DNA of 64,000 nucleotides from Lama glama (GCA_028534125.1 CM052818.1:24554001-24618000); one strand, 5' to 3'; shown: positions 1 through 12,767, counted from the stretch's first letter. Numbers and translations are program-made. The notes: generated by a model from the letters alone, not told the origin.

Positions 1-1138
1 GTGGGCAAATTCTTTTACAAAAGGTGCAGACCCAGCGTGACTCAGCACAGGAAACAGTACAGGGTTAGAGCTAAAAGAACAGATCCAATATGGAGTCAGA
101 TATGTTCCTCCCTATTACGAAACTAAAGTTTACAATCTACCTTAGATTTTACATACATATAAATTTTACGTTTAGTTTATCTTAAAAAAATCTCTTGCGA
201 GGGATTTTGAGGTCAGTCTGTGCTTCACTGTTAGAGCAGTTTCTCTCTTCAACTGTTTTGTCTCCCAGGGAAAGGGGTTCTCTGCCTTGGCTTCAGAATA
301 AAGAGGGCTTCTTTGGAGAGACCTGCCCCAAGATTCCATTACCTTTAGGAAAAGTCAAGGTCATTTCTTGTTACATTCTACTCAGAACTTTGAATTGGCA
401 TCAGCCGAGACACTCAGAGTACTTGATGAGATGTGGCTGACTTGAGAGAAAGGGCAGATGTTTGTCATGTGTTTCTCGTTGGCAGCCAAGAGCAGTGACG
501 GTCCCAACTATTATCAGGGGCACTAGCAGTTCTAGACGCAAAGTTAGAGGCTGAAAGGTCACCACCGTCAGGACGAATAATCGAGCAAAGAATGACGGCA
601 ATACAGAGTGGGCCAGTTGAATATGGGTCTTTTCATGTTTCTTATCTTCTCAGTGTTTCAAGTCAGTTCCAATGACTGTTGAACTAACACACTTGACTTT
701 CTGATGTGGCTTTGACCTTCTGTCCAGGCCCCTCAGATCACATTTCCTGGTTAGCCGATAATGTGCTCTCTCTCTCTCTCAAAGCAAAGTCAGTTCAGGT
801 ACACTGCATTAAACATGTACCAATTTTGACCTCGGGAAAATAATACGTGTTTTCTGCCTCTTTGCACTGAGTGGGAACTCGAGGATGCCCTGACAGTAAG
901 TGTGGATGTGCACTAGACTAGCCAACGTGGTAGTTTCTCCGGGAGGAACAGCCTCAAGTCCCGGACGTGACCCTTCTCCCTGTAGCTGCTTTGATTTGTG
1001 GTAGTGCTTTGGGTGCATCTGCTCAGTTTTCTTGTGAATGCTTGGCTGCTCCTGCTGTTCCGTTAACTGACATTTATTTAAAAAGCTAGAGAGTACTAAT
1101 TGTACAGAACCAAGTGCTTAAAAAAGGTCTAAAGAAGA

Positions 1139-1229
1139 GGGGAGGGAAATAGTTCATTGGTAGAGCACATGCTTAGTGTGCATGAGGTCATGGGTTCACT
1201 CTCCGGTACCTCCATTAAAAAAAAAAAAA
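1139..1229 (+). mobile_element. tRNA-Ala-derived SINE (camelid Vic-1-like), short form
   Basis: GGGGAGGG...TGGTAGAGCACATGCTTAG...GGTTCA...ACCTCCA with A/B boxes and an A-tail; degenerate TSD aaaaaggtctaaagaa / aaaaaggcctaaaagaa. Confidence 0.85.
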
Positions 1230-1925
1230 GGCCTAAAAGAAAATAACAGTAAGAGGTTTAGTGCAGGGGAAATTCAGCACACGGTAGCGGCAATGTGCCC
1301 TTAACCATACAAACTGATCTTTTCTTGTTTGCAACAGGAGTAAGGCGAGATGAATTCTGTAACGGCCACCAGGCGGACAAAATCAGTAGCCAAAGAAAGA
1401 TCTATGTATTGATGATCATGTAGCAGCTATCTTGAGGCTCTGCTGTCTGGCTGCATTTCATTGATCAACAAAAGTATAATAACAGGACTTAGTTTCATAA
1501 TCTATCTGCCACTTCCCGGTTATTCACAGATACATAAAGCTGAGCAGGGCATAGATTAATTCAGTTGCAGAGGGCACACTATAGACAAAGCCAGGAAAGA
1601 AACGAGCTCATGAAGCATTCGAGGGAAAGCCATGGGCTTTTGCAACACCTGCTACTCTAAGTGCTGAGGCCAGTCTTCCTTGGCCCCTAGGCAGTGGAGG
1701 AGGCTTGTATTCGTTACGAAGAAGTTTCCATTTCAGAATGTTTCCAAGTAAGGACTCTGGCTTGTTTGCATAATCCTAACAGTGTTTGATGTCAATACTG
1801 TTGTCTGAGCCTAACATCTGCTACCCTTTATATAGCTCTGGGGTTTCAAAATCCACAAGGGCTGAACTTTCCCGAGGCCTTAACCCACCCGGCAGTTATG
1901 ATCTGATTCTTTTCAACTTTTCTAG

Positions 1926-2025
1926 AGCACTGTGGACAAACTTATTAAGAAGACAAACCTAGCCCTTGTGGTTGGGACAAACAGCTGGAGAGAGCAGTTT
2001 ATCGAAGCTATCACCGTCAGTGCTG
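1926..2025 (+). CDS. SLC8A1: SLC8A1/NCX1 coding exon (third from last; end of Ca2+-binding domain CBD2), STVDKLIKKTNLALVVGTNSWREQFIEAITVSA+G
   Basis: Not in the ORF track; read by hand. Pyrimidine tract plus AG acceptor (ttttctag, AG 1924-1925), 100-bp open frame matching NCX1, GTGAGT donor at 2026. The phase-1 end joins the next exon in frame (G+GG=Gly). Confidence 0.97.
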
Positions 2026-3149
2026 GTGAGTGCCTTTCTCTGCATATTTTAAGTTATAATGTTCCAAGCTGACTTTTTCTACTGTAACCACTTGGTCTAT
2101 GTCAAAGCCCCACAGACTGTCCGTAATAAAATTACAAGAGAAATAAATGTATTTGTAGCATATATGCACATTTTGGCGACGAATGTAGACTCTCTAGACG
2201 AAGCAAATGTCTTCAAAAAGGACATTCTTCTTCATCTGCATTGTGTATTTCTCTCCGGAAGTAGACAAGAAAAATTTAAAGCCTTCTGTGTCTTAACTCA
2301 TGGATAGCCAGTCATGGAGCTTTGTCTGGAAAACTCCCTGAAAGCAGGAGATGTGGCCAAGTGCAGGTCACAAAGGAGGCAGCGAGATCGTAGGGGAGAC
2401 AGGATGCCATTAAGACCCTTCACCACTGCCATCTGCATCGTTTTACACCCTCTTCAACAACGTCTAACAAAAAAGTGTTTGCACTGGTTCTGGAAGTGAA
2501 AATAGAATCACGTTCTGTGTCTTCCTGTACAAGCAAAGTACAGAGTTTTATTTAGGAAAATCCTACAAAACGAAGTATGTCTCAAACTCCAGGAGCCAGA
2601 CACCTGCGGGAATTCAATTCAGAACGAAGTGTCCCTTTCCTGCGTCGTCAAACCTTGTCCGCTCTCTGTGTGATTGTATAAAGGCAGAGGAAAGGCCCTC
2701 TCAAAGACGCAGGAGAGCAACACTATCATGGGATTTTTTTGTTTTCAGTTCTTCTGCTTCATTTCCCCCTGGTTCTTTCCTTTAAAGATCCCCGCAGGCT
2801 CATCTTCTGCTGTTGCAGCTAATGAACAAAGCTAGAATTTTCTAAATAGTGATTCCCAGACTGTAAAATAGGGAAACAGCGTCACTAGCCGTTGGGTCAT
2901 GACTTCTAATACAACCCCCTCTTTCCAATCTGCCACAGAATAATTTGACAGCTCTCCCAAATGCTGTGGGAACAGAGGGTGGTAAACATGTCTGTGCCTA
3001 TTTATTATTAGTGCTGTTTATAATCACACTTCGGTTTCTTGCAATTGAGTATACAGTGGAAATTTATGAACATTAAATGATGAGTAATTGCTTAGGGGAG
3101 TAGATTTGGGATTTACACATAAATTCTAATGGGGGAGGGGAAAACTCCC

Positions 3150-3513
3150 TGTCTTGGTCCATTTGGACTGCTGTAACAAAATACCATAGAGTGGGGTGGC
3201 TTATGAGCTACAGAAGTGTATTTCTCACAGTTCCAGAGGCTGGAAGTCCAAGATCAAGGCACTGGCAGATTTGGTGTCTGGTGAGAGCCTGCTTCCTGGT
3301 TCATAGACGGCTGTCTTCTTGCTCTGTCCTCACGTGGGGGAGTGGAGAAGAGAGCTCACCAGGGTCTCTTTTACCAGGGCATTAATCCTATTGATGGACT
3401 TTGCCCTTATGATCTAATCATCTTTCAAAGTTCCCATCCTCATATACCACCATATTGGAAAATAGGTTTCAATATATAAATTTGAGAGGGCCACAAACAT
3501 TCAGTCTATAGCA
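3150..3513 (-). mobile_element. MaLR solo LTR (MLT1A-like)
   Basis: TG...CA ends with perfect 5-bp TSD CTCCC (3145-3149, 3514-3518). Typical MLT1 motifs: ctgtaacaaaataccataga, ctcacagttccagaggctggaagtccaagatcaagg. Confidence 0.9.
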
Positions 3514-3884
3514 CTCCCTCATACGGCTTATGTTTTTCTATAAATCTAAGATTAGTATCTGAGGCCTGAGCTATACTCCCTCACCACAGAGAGAAAAAAA
3601 CTAAAAGGACAAAGGTAACTTGAATAAAAAACTGTTGACAAGGCCAATGGTAGAAATTAAATGATATGTTATATAACTATAATGTAAAATAAATATTACA
3701 TAAAGTATAATAAATATATAATATAAAAATAAAAATATTTTAAAATAACCAATTATTTCATGGGCTTTGACGTATCAGAATCAAAACATTAAAAGCTGCA
3801 TAAGCCTTAATAGACCATTTCTAACAGTTGCCAGGTTGCCTTTGGCTGCAAATATATGAGCATTTGTATGATGGTCATGTGCTG

Positions 3885-4330
3885 AGCATCATTCATTCAT
3901 TTTTTCTGAATGTCAGTCATTGCTCTTAGGATATGCCAGTGAATAAAACAGACAAATATTCTTGCCATGTGAAGCTTACCTTCTAATGCAGGAGACAGCA
4001 AATAAGTAAAATAAGCAAAGAGGTCAAATAAAGCGTATGCAAGATGGTGAGCTTATGTTGGAGAGCAACAAAGCCATGGAGGGAGACAGGAAGTGTGTGT
4101 AGGGGACAGGAAGTGTGTGCAGGGAGACAGGAAGTGTGTGTAGGGGGGCAGGAAATGTGTGTAGAGGGACAGGAAGTGTGTGTAGGGGACAGAAAGTGCA
4201 TATAGGGGGCAGGAAATGTATGCAGGGGGACAGGAAATGTGTGTAGGGGACAGGAAGTATGTATAGGGGACAGGAAGTATGTGTAGGGGCTGCATTGGAT
4301 GATAGCCAAGAAGACACCATCCATAGACAC
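3885..4330 (-). mobile_element. L2 3' fragment hosting a minisatellite
   Basis: cattcattcat tail and gtgaataaaacagacaaa...cttgcc..gaagcttaccttcta L2 motifs. Confidence 0.6.
4080..4290. repeat. Minisatellite, about 10 copies of a 20-21-bp unit (AGGGGACAGGAAGTGTGTGT)
   Basis: Directly visible tandem units; explains the repetitive ORFs at 3983-4386. Confidence 0.95.
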
Positions 4331-6499
4331 ATAGACGCTGAATTTGCTCTTCTAGCAGTGGAGTGGTTTTGTGTGGGTTTGTTCATATGTTTTTGTAACT
4401 CTCAGGGACCAAGGTCAACATTTTGTGGCCAGTCTACAACAATGGAAAAGGGAAGTTTTAAGCAGTGAGAAAGATTATGCTGCAAAGCAGGCCAAAGTTG
4501 TGTATTTACTTCTGGTCAGAATAGATATACAGAGAAACAGTTTGAAAGATGTTAAGACTTTCTGACTTTAAAGGGGAAGATTATGGTTTGCCAACACTTT
4601 GTTATGTTGAATTAAATCCTCTCAAAATCTCATGAGGGAGGTATTGTCATGCTCCTGACCTTCTGGAGAAAGAATCTGACCCTCAGCAAGGCGACTTGGC
4701 TTTAGGATGTAGCCCAGAGCCCTGATATACCAAAGACTAGTCTGACATGCAGTCTGCCGCCCTTAGAGAGAGAAATTTCAAAGTGAGGAAAATTGCTCCT
4801 CGCTTCTGGCTCCATGAGTGATGCTGGCCTTGTCACCTCTCCTGGTGCCATGGTTTCAGCACTCAGATAATGGGATTAATTCCCACTCATATCCTTTGAA
4901 GAACTGATAATGAATGACATGCAAAACCTCCCATGTGTTCTTATCTGTCAGGCAGTATATTGTGTTTTATGTTTCTAAATGACTGCTTGGGAATAAGACA
5001 AAATTGCTTAGATGTTGGCAGGCTGCTGGGTAAATTGATCTTATTTACAATTTTGAGACAAAAATATCAGAAAAGCAAACCCATACTTTATAGGCAGTAA
5101 ATTACACGAAGGGCCGTTAGAAAGCTCATTTTCTATTTGTCATTATGATTAAATATAAGCCTCCAAAGAATGTTAATGTTCTTAGATTGTTAACTAGACA
5201 ATAAAACTTGTAAAGCAGCATTTCTTGAAAACAAACTTTCATTGGATTTTACAATTTCATGGCTAAATAGTTGAGAATCAGAAAGAGTTGCCTTATTAAA
5301 AATGTTAAATTGCTTTTAAATGGCACTACAGAGCGGTTTTTTCCTTATGCAATTTTCTGTGCAAAATTGAGTCTGTATATCTTGCTCAACAAAAATAATA
5401 ATTTTATAGATAGGATTTTGCTTCTCTTTCCCACTGGTTACATTTAAGCTCATTTCAAGGTGACCTCCAGCAGTCGTTTTGTTCCCCTGCCTTCTCTGCA
5501 CTTCATAGTTCAGTACCTGGGCCTCCTATGACCACAATATTTCTGTAAGCCCAGTTCTTACAGTTCAATATCTGAAGAGTTAAAGGACTTATAAGACTCC
5601 TACAAGGAGGAAGAGGGGAAACAGGCATGTCCCGGCAGTTCTGTCTTTTCCTGGATGGAATACCAGGAGCGCTGCTTGACAGAAATTTGCGAGGCAAGTC
5701 TAGTGTCATCAAGTGCTTTAGATGTGCCAGCAAATGCACTTCCGAGGGAAGCCAGCATTCACTGCATGCCCAGTTTGGATTTCCTCCACTTCTGCCTTTT
5801 CCCTAGGGTCTTCACCAGGGCAGAATGGAGGCTTGGCTTTAAGAAATCATGAATAATGGCCTATGAGGCAGGTGTGTCAGGGAAGAGGGCAAACATTAGC
5901 TGGCAAAGAGAGCCAGGATGCCAATGCCAATTCCACAGCCACCACAGCATTGCTCTTCCCAGCAGCCTTGGGCTGGTGAAGTGAAGGACAGCGGGATTGC
6001 AAGCCTGGCTTTACAGTCAGATGCGGGTTTGTGTCCCAGACCAGCAAAAACTCTCTGTATGACTCTAGGCACAGCTAAATCTGGTTCCCTCATGTGTAAA
6101 GTGGAGATCACTGCTTCTTACTCAGGGGGTTGCTCTAAGCATTAATCAAGGCAGCTCATATTTTCATGAGGACTGTCTGTGCATTTGGAAACCACGGCTG
6201 GTTGTCCGGGAGGCAAATCATCTTAAATATTCTACAATAATATATGACCAAATTTTGTGGAAATGTAGTCAAGTCAGTTTAATTACTAGAAAGGCGAAGT
6301 GATGAAAAACCCTGGTTGACCTTTTTAGTTTGTAGTATTACCCATGCTGTTTTATAGATAAGAAAACTGAGATTCAGAGAAACAATGTAACTTGCTCAAG
6401 AAGCCGAAGCTGGTAAATGTTAGTGCTGGGGTGCCAGTCAGCCTGGGGTTCTCTCCTGTGTGAGGAGTGCGCAGAGCTGCTATGCCTGAGACCTGGGGG

Positions 6500-6650
6500 C
6501 ACACCCACACTGCACACACGCACACAGAACACCTGTCTACACAGACAAACAGGTGCACACAGCCATGCATGTGTGTGTGCAAACATATGAACACATGAAC
6601 ACACAGAGACACACATACACAAACATGTGTGCATACACACAGATCCACAG
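6500..6650. repeat. Degenerate (CA)n-rich low-complexity tract
   Basis: cacacacgcacacag...acacatacac... Confidence 0.8.
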
Positions 6651-8167
6651 AAAAAGGACAGGCCCTTTACATAGCTTGTATGTTTATTCATTTGGATAAT
6701 TGAGCTGCAGGTTGAAATATGAAGGGTTTTTTCCCTTAGTGTTTGTTAAATCTCCTTAAGGCCAGTTCAGATTTCCTTAAGGGAAGATGCCAGCCAATTG
6801 CCTAAAGACCAGAGGGAAGTGTTTGTTTTCCTAGGTGCATCTGTAGCCTTCTCCTACCTCGTAGCTTGTGACGTGCTGTCCAGAAAGTCAACACACTGCC
6901 CTCCCTTTTACCTGATCATTTAAAACATCCAGCACTAAGGCTTTTTCTCCAGTTCTTTTACTTTTGACATCAATTTTGCATATCTGGCGTGGTATCCATT
7001 GGCATTCTCATATTGAAGGAACAAGAAAAAGTGGCCCCCAAAAAGCTTTTTTGTAGTCTTGATTCTGTCTCCTATAACTGTAAAACCTTGACAAAGTATT
7101 GAATATTTCTGAATTTGATTTTCCCACCAGTAGGACTGAGAGAGTAGGACTCGGTGGGCTCTAAGATAGCAACCAGTAGAGAAATTTGGGGGTGCTGTCG
7201 ATGTCTGTCATAGTTCTACAGGGTCCCCGGTGACACTTGATTTTGGCAATGGAAAAGGATACTCTGACCCGCTACCCGGCTTGCTTATATTAAATATTCA
7301 GCACAACAGCAGCACACAGTTCACATCTATTCTCCTAGAAGGAAAGGGATGTGAGGATAGTCTTTCACTGGGAAAGAAGAAACGAAGGGAGATGATGATT
7401 CCAGTGTTCTTACTTTTCTTCCTGCTCAGTAATTGGGGCTCAGAAGCGTTGGGGAGTCCTCTACGGTAGAAGGGCAGACATTCAGCAGGAGGCCAGGCTC
7501 TTGGATGTGGCTGGTCTGTCCACACTCCCTGCACTTCACAGTAAATGACAGTCAGAGACAGGTGTCAGCTAAATTAAGAGGTGGAGGGGGCATGGGTCTA
7601 CCAACCCAGTGTGGAGACTAGTTCAGTTTGGGGGACCCTTCTGTTGTCAGCCCTTCATCCATGCATGCTCTATGGAGTAATAAGTGCTCTCAACTAAATT
7701 GAATTGTTTAGTACAAAAACTGTCCCCTCAGTGGTGCCCCTGGACAACAATTCACTTGACAATCCTGTCAACCAGATGACTGAGCCACTCCCTAAGTCCT
7801 AAATAATAAATAATAAAAATGGTACCTCAAACGAGTCTCAAGGGATTGCCATGCCATCTGGTCTAAGCAGGAATCTTTCTAGCATCTCCTCTATTATTGA
7901 ACATCATTACTGTGGAGACATTCTCATTAGTTAATGTGTTAACCCTGGGTCATATGAAAACCCCACTTAAACAGTTGAAAAAAAAAAGTCCTGCTAGGTC
8001 AGTTTTGACCCAGTCTCAGTGTGACTGAGACAATTGGGGAAAAAAATGGGGGGGGGGCTGTGACTTTTCATTTTACCCAGTTTCTTGTGTGGCTATAAAG
8101 ATTCTTAATTATCCTTTATCTAAAAATATAAGCTGACTGAGGTTCATGAAAAAAGATGCAATTTCTA

Positions 8168-8332
8168 GGAGAGAGTGCAGCTCAGTGGTAGAGCATGTGC
8201 TTAGCATGCCCGAGGTCCTGGGTTCAACCCCAGCACCTCTATTAAAATAAATAAATAAATAAACCTAATTACCTCTCTCTCCCTCAAAAAAAATTGAAAA
8301 AAAACAAAACAAACAAAAACAAACAAACAAAA
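8168..8332 (+). mobile_element. tRNA-Ala-derived SINE (Vic-1-like), long form
   Basis: gctcagtggtagagcatgtgcttagcatg...gggttcaaccccagcacctc, then (AAAT)n, aaacctaattacc and an A-rich tail; TSD aaaagatgcaatttc / aaaagattcagtttc. Confidence 0.9.
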
Positions 8333-8454
8333 GATTCAGTTTCATGAGAAATGGTAGGTACCACTGCCTTTAAGGAAGTTGGTCAAAAAACTATATATGA
8401 AATTTTGGCCCGCTTTCTACTTAAATCATGTTACCATTTATTGCCCATCTACTA

Positions 8455-8977
8455 TGTCAATGAAAATAATCAATGAACAATCTATAATGAGAATAGAAAA
8501 GAGTTTTATTTGAGCCAAACTGAAGACTATAGCCCAAAAGATAGCTTCCCAGGTTACTCTCTGAAACTGCTCTGGAGAAGCATGGTTTTCAGCACAGTTT
8601 TATATCTTGTCACACCAAGAACATTGAACAAGTCAGAGATACATTTCTTCAAGGTTTAAAAAAAAAAAACAACAAAAAACCCAGCAGGTACACCAGTCAG
8701 TATGGCCTTGGCACCTGGGAAGGGAGTCTTATCATCAAAGGAGGACCAGTATTGGCATCCAGGAAGGGAGGCATTTAATTTTTATTTTTAATATGGATGT
8801 TCTTTACTTCCAGTCATTTGGCCCTTTTCATTAATAACTAAAGCAGATGTACAATGTATGTCTGATAGGGGCCACAAACAAGCTGTTCCAGTTAGCACAA
8901 AATTCAAGTTAACTCATGTTTGTGTAAGCCAGAGTGACTCCCCATACCTCAAGATATGGAAAGATATTCTTTTATCA
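8455..8977 (-). mobile_element. ERV1-type solo LTR inserted in a MIR
   Basis: TG...CA ends with perfect 4-bp TSD ACTA (8451-8454, 8978-8981). Reverse AATAAA (tttatt) and reverse TATAAAA (ttttata) in the expected order. Confidence 0.85.
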
Positions 8978-8981
8978 ACTA

Positions 8982-9155
8982 CATTCCTCATAGCTATATC
9001 CTAAGGTAAGTATTTCTTGTCCTACATTTACAGTGGAGAATCCTGAGCCCTCGAGTGGTTACATAACATGTTTAATTATGGTCACCCAGTAGCAAGGGGC
9101 CAGTTAGAATATGAAATCCCATCTTTGTGCATCCAAAGCCTGTGAGCTTTTAGCA
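8982..9155 (-). mobile_element. MIR fragment
   Basis: catttacagtggagaatcctgagccc...ggtcacccagtag...tccaaagcc core. Confidence 0.65.
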
Positions 9156-11713
9156 TGACTCTAGGTGTCCCTTCTACAAGTTTAATTCAGGTCTTAAGTG
9201 GTCAGATTTCAGATGAATTAATGCAGGACAAAAGGGGCCAAGTTGATGAGTCTTCTGCTCTCAGCTACACGTGGTTTAGTTAAGGGTTTGGAAATAAGTA
9301 TGCAAGCATTGGACAGAGGTGTAGAAGGACCAGAAAGAATACCAATTGTGGGAAGAGGACAGGAACAGTCACTGCATCTTTTACGAAGTCTAAGTTTAAT
9401 CCCATCATGAAGAACCTAGAGGGACTTCCAGAGTCTTTTCGTGATCTTGGAATTGTATTTATATCTGCTGCCAGGAATTACATCAGGTCTTCTGAAACAA
9501 AACGGAATCAATGCCCATCATTTTCTCTGAGCTCCTGATGTTTCCCTGTGGTATGATTAGTTCTTCAGGTAGGTTTTTCATGCTTAGAATCACTGGCACC
9601 CTTGAACTAATAGGAATAGCAATTATTTTAAACTCTAACAGGAGATGTGAGCAACGCTGCTGGCATCCAACTTAGCTTTCATTCCTTTTCCCAAAATACA
9701 GCTGAAATATTCACATTCTTTGAGATAGAGAGTGCATATAACATGGATGAGAAATCAAACTTTTAACTGTAAAAAAATTATATGTTGGCGGCTTTTATCT
9801 TCTCTGGAGACTTAAATTCACATGGTCAAAGAGCCACCAACCAGGTGTGTAGCTCCAGACAAGGCCTCTGACCTCACCTGTGAAATTAGGGCATTGGAAT
9901 GAGTGACCTCTAGTTTTGGAATATGGAAATACTAACGGGGTGGCTGAAGGACACTTCATTTTCAGCAATAAATGTTAGCTTGCTTTCTTTCCATGGCACT
10001 TTATTGGAAATTTAAGCCTCTGGCTTTAATCAAATGGAGTATCTGCTTTAGAGTACATGTTAAATACATTGGGTCATCACATCAACTTGGCCAAAGCTCA
10101 TTTAAGACATTTAATGCCTAAGACACACTGTCTAATGGTCACATTAAATTCAGTAGCTGCTCTTCCTTGCTTTGAATTAGGTATCAGAAAAATAAACCTT
10201 CTTTAACTTTTTATCAGGGGCCCTATCAAAACCGCCCTCACAGGATTATAAATAAAATATAATTTAAATTTTTCCCTTTAAAGTATAATATTTGAAAAGT
10301 AGTTTTATCTTAGAGTTGCAGTTATTATTCACAATGTCACTTACTGTATTTAAAGAAAAAATGATAGATTCCTACTTGAAAGTTTAAAGAAAAGAAGCTT
10401 TTTTTTTAGCAAATTAATTTTTAATTCAGTGTTTTCTCATTTGTTTTGGCCATCAGAAAGGTTAGTCATTTTTTTGGTCCAAGTATTCAGAATTCACTCA
10501 ACTCACATATCTGAACGTGTCCTTTCTTTCTGCTTTCTTCAGACATTTTTTGGGTCCCATTTTATCTTAAAGTATTTTATTTTTATTATTAGGTACAAAT
10601 CTGCTCAAGTCCTTTCAGAAGTAGAAAAAGTCTAAATTGAAATTTTTTTTTTTTAACAACAGCAAATCTGTCCTATTCTCCACTGTTTCTCTAGCATCTA
10701 GGACAGTGTTTGGCAATGAAATTATCTGTTAAATAAAGAATGAGTGAATTTAGGTGGGAATCAATGTTTTCCAGTCTACGTGTAAATGGATTGAAGACCT
10801 GTTGTCACTACATCATACTGTCATGTCTGATCTAGAAAAAATCTATATAAACACACACATATGCCACATTTCTAGTTGTTTCAGGCATATCTAATTCATA
10901 TGTAATAGATGCATATACTCAGAACATACAGATATACCTAACATGTAACATATGCATGTAACATATTTGCATATGCAAATTAGATACACAAATCCACATT
11001 TTCTATTTGTCTTAGTGGGATTTTAGTGGTTTTGGGCTGGTAATCATGATCCTACTTGAGAAAGAGGAAAAGCAGAGGTCATGAGTAACCAGGAGGATGA
11101 CAGTTAAGTTCCAGAAACTATTGATGGGAGATGTTCTAGGGCCATATTGGTAGGGAGGCAAAGCAAAGCTAGGATACCTGGCAACTTAAAAATGCCAGTG
11201 GTAGCAGGATAAAATGTTGAATCAGGAAGCTTCAGTGTCAGAAAGAGGCAGACCAGCCACCCAGGGCTGGGAGTACAAGGAGGTGGGAGGAACAAGCAAT
11301 TACTTTCTGGCCCTTGGATATACTTTAGCTAATATTTCTGAACAGAATATTGGCTTGTCAGGCTGTTTTTTTCTCTGAAATTGCTTATTATGAAATCTTG
11401 GGGAAAACACCGTGCTAAAGGGCTCTGGAATGATTCAGCACTCTTATTTGTAAGCCTGAAGTCACGTCCTTAATGCAGCTTTTGTCTGGAGAAGCAGTGG
11501 CTCAGCTTTGCAAACAATGCGCCATCCCTAGATCTAGTGGCTCTTTTGTCGGCATCCGCTGCTGTGATGTGAATACAGTTTAGTTGTTGCTTACAAATCA
11601 ATGCACGAGGCATGGGGGGTTTCATCCCCAGCCAGGAGCCTTTGTGCACTGCTCTCAGTGGGAAGACATTGCAGCATCATCCGAAGAGGTGGAAGCAGAG
11701 CCAACAGCCCCCA

Positions 11714-11748
11714 GCACACGCGCGTGCGCGCACACACACACACACACA
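11714..11748. repeat. Alternating purine-pyrimidine tract (CG core plus (CA)n)
   Basis: gcacacgcgcgtgcgcgcacacacacacacacaca, 35 bp. Confidence 0.9.
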
Positions 11749-12641
11749 GCCCCCAAAGCCAGAGGAGCCTCATGAAAGTGACTTGCAGCATTAATTCTTG
11801 CTGTTCACAGCCTGCCCTCTTGATAAAGACCTTGTCATTCTGACACCCTCAATCAAAGCCACTTGCCTGAACTGACAGGCTTTGACACAGCCCCCCAGCC
11901 CGTGCATCTTTCCTGCCCTGCCTGTTTCTGCTCACGTCCGGCTGTGTGTTGTGTCTTCTGTCCTGAGACAGCATCTTAGACCAGAATCCTGGTATGGATC
12001 TCAAAGGGAGTTTACTGATCAGCCAGTCTGACTTCCCCTTTTTGTGATAAATAAGAAGCTGAGACCAGAGAGGGAAATAATTTCATCCACAGTCACACAG
12101 GGCCTGTTTTAGAATTCAAGGTTCTCACTACCACCCAGCCTTGCTCTCATTCTTCTTCCTAAGTTGACATTTATGGAACCAGCGCCTTAGCCCTTATTCT
12201 AAGCCTATCCCCTGATGTCACCTAAGGGCCTCTGGGTTTCTTGATGCTTCAGGATTAAGGAAAGCAAAGACCCAAACTTCTTGAACTGACAGTTTAGCAG
12301 CATTCAGTGAAGTGAATGGCCCCACCTTGGTGAATAGTTGTTTTGTGTTCACACCAGCCTCCAGGCAACCCTGTGCAGGAGGTTGTCTGCGAACCTGTTT
12401 ATGAGATGGGGACATAGGAAATAGAACTGGGATTCACACTGACCCAGAGGTGCTGATTCCAAGGCCAGTCTTCCTTCCATCTTGTCACCCCTGTGCATCC
12501 TGGAATTTAATGCCATTCGGCCACACATTTACTTCTGTTCCTCCCACTGTGCTCTCACTGTCTCCTTGGCATGGAAGGTTTTCCCTTCACGTCTGGGGGG
12601 GGTTCATCATTAAGGTTTCAGGTCATCTTCTCAGAGGAGTT

Positions 12642-12767
12642 TGGGGTTTTTTTGCCTACTTCCTTTTTTTAAAAAAATTTTATTTTTATTTTTTTAGGTA
12701 CTGGGGATTGAACCCAGGGCTTCACAAATGCTAAGCACATGCTCTACCACTAAGCTTTTTTCTCCCC
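12642..12767 (-). mobile_element. tRNA-Ala-derived SINE (Vic-1-like) inserted in an L2 fragment (about 12540-12990, +)
   Basis: T-rich tail then ggtactggggattgaacccagggc...gctaagcacatgctctaccactaagc; degenerate TSD ctcagaggagtt / ctcagatgagtt. Confidence 0.85.

Noticed and set aside
1314..1345. Strong acceptor-like site (ctgatcttttcttgtttgcaacag) followed by GAGTAAG; possible microexon or recursive splice site
   Set aside because: Not an AG|GT junction, no NCX1-like peptide follows, and such sites are frequent by chance.
3983..4386. Repetitive His/Thr/Pro-rich ORFs on the minus strand
   Set aside because: They are translations of the minisatellite, with no splice or coding context.
5622..5641. 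p53-like half-site AGGCATGTCC
   Set aside because: The adjacent second half-site does not fit the consensus.
8168..8241. tRNA-Ala-like sequence as a true tRNA gene (also 1139 and 12686)
   Set aside because: Broken stems, A-rich tails and TSDs identify these as SINEs.
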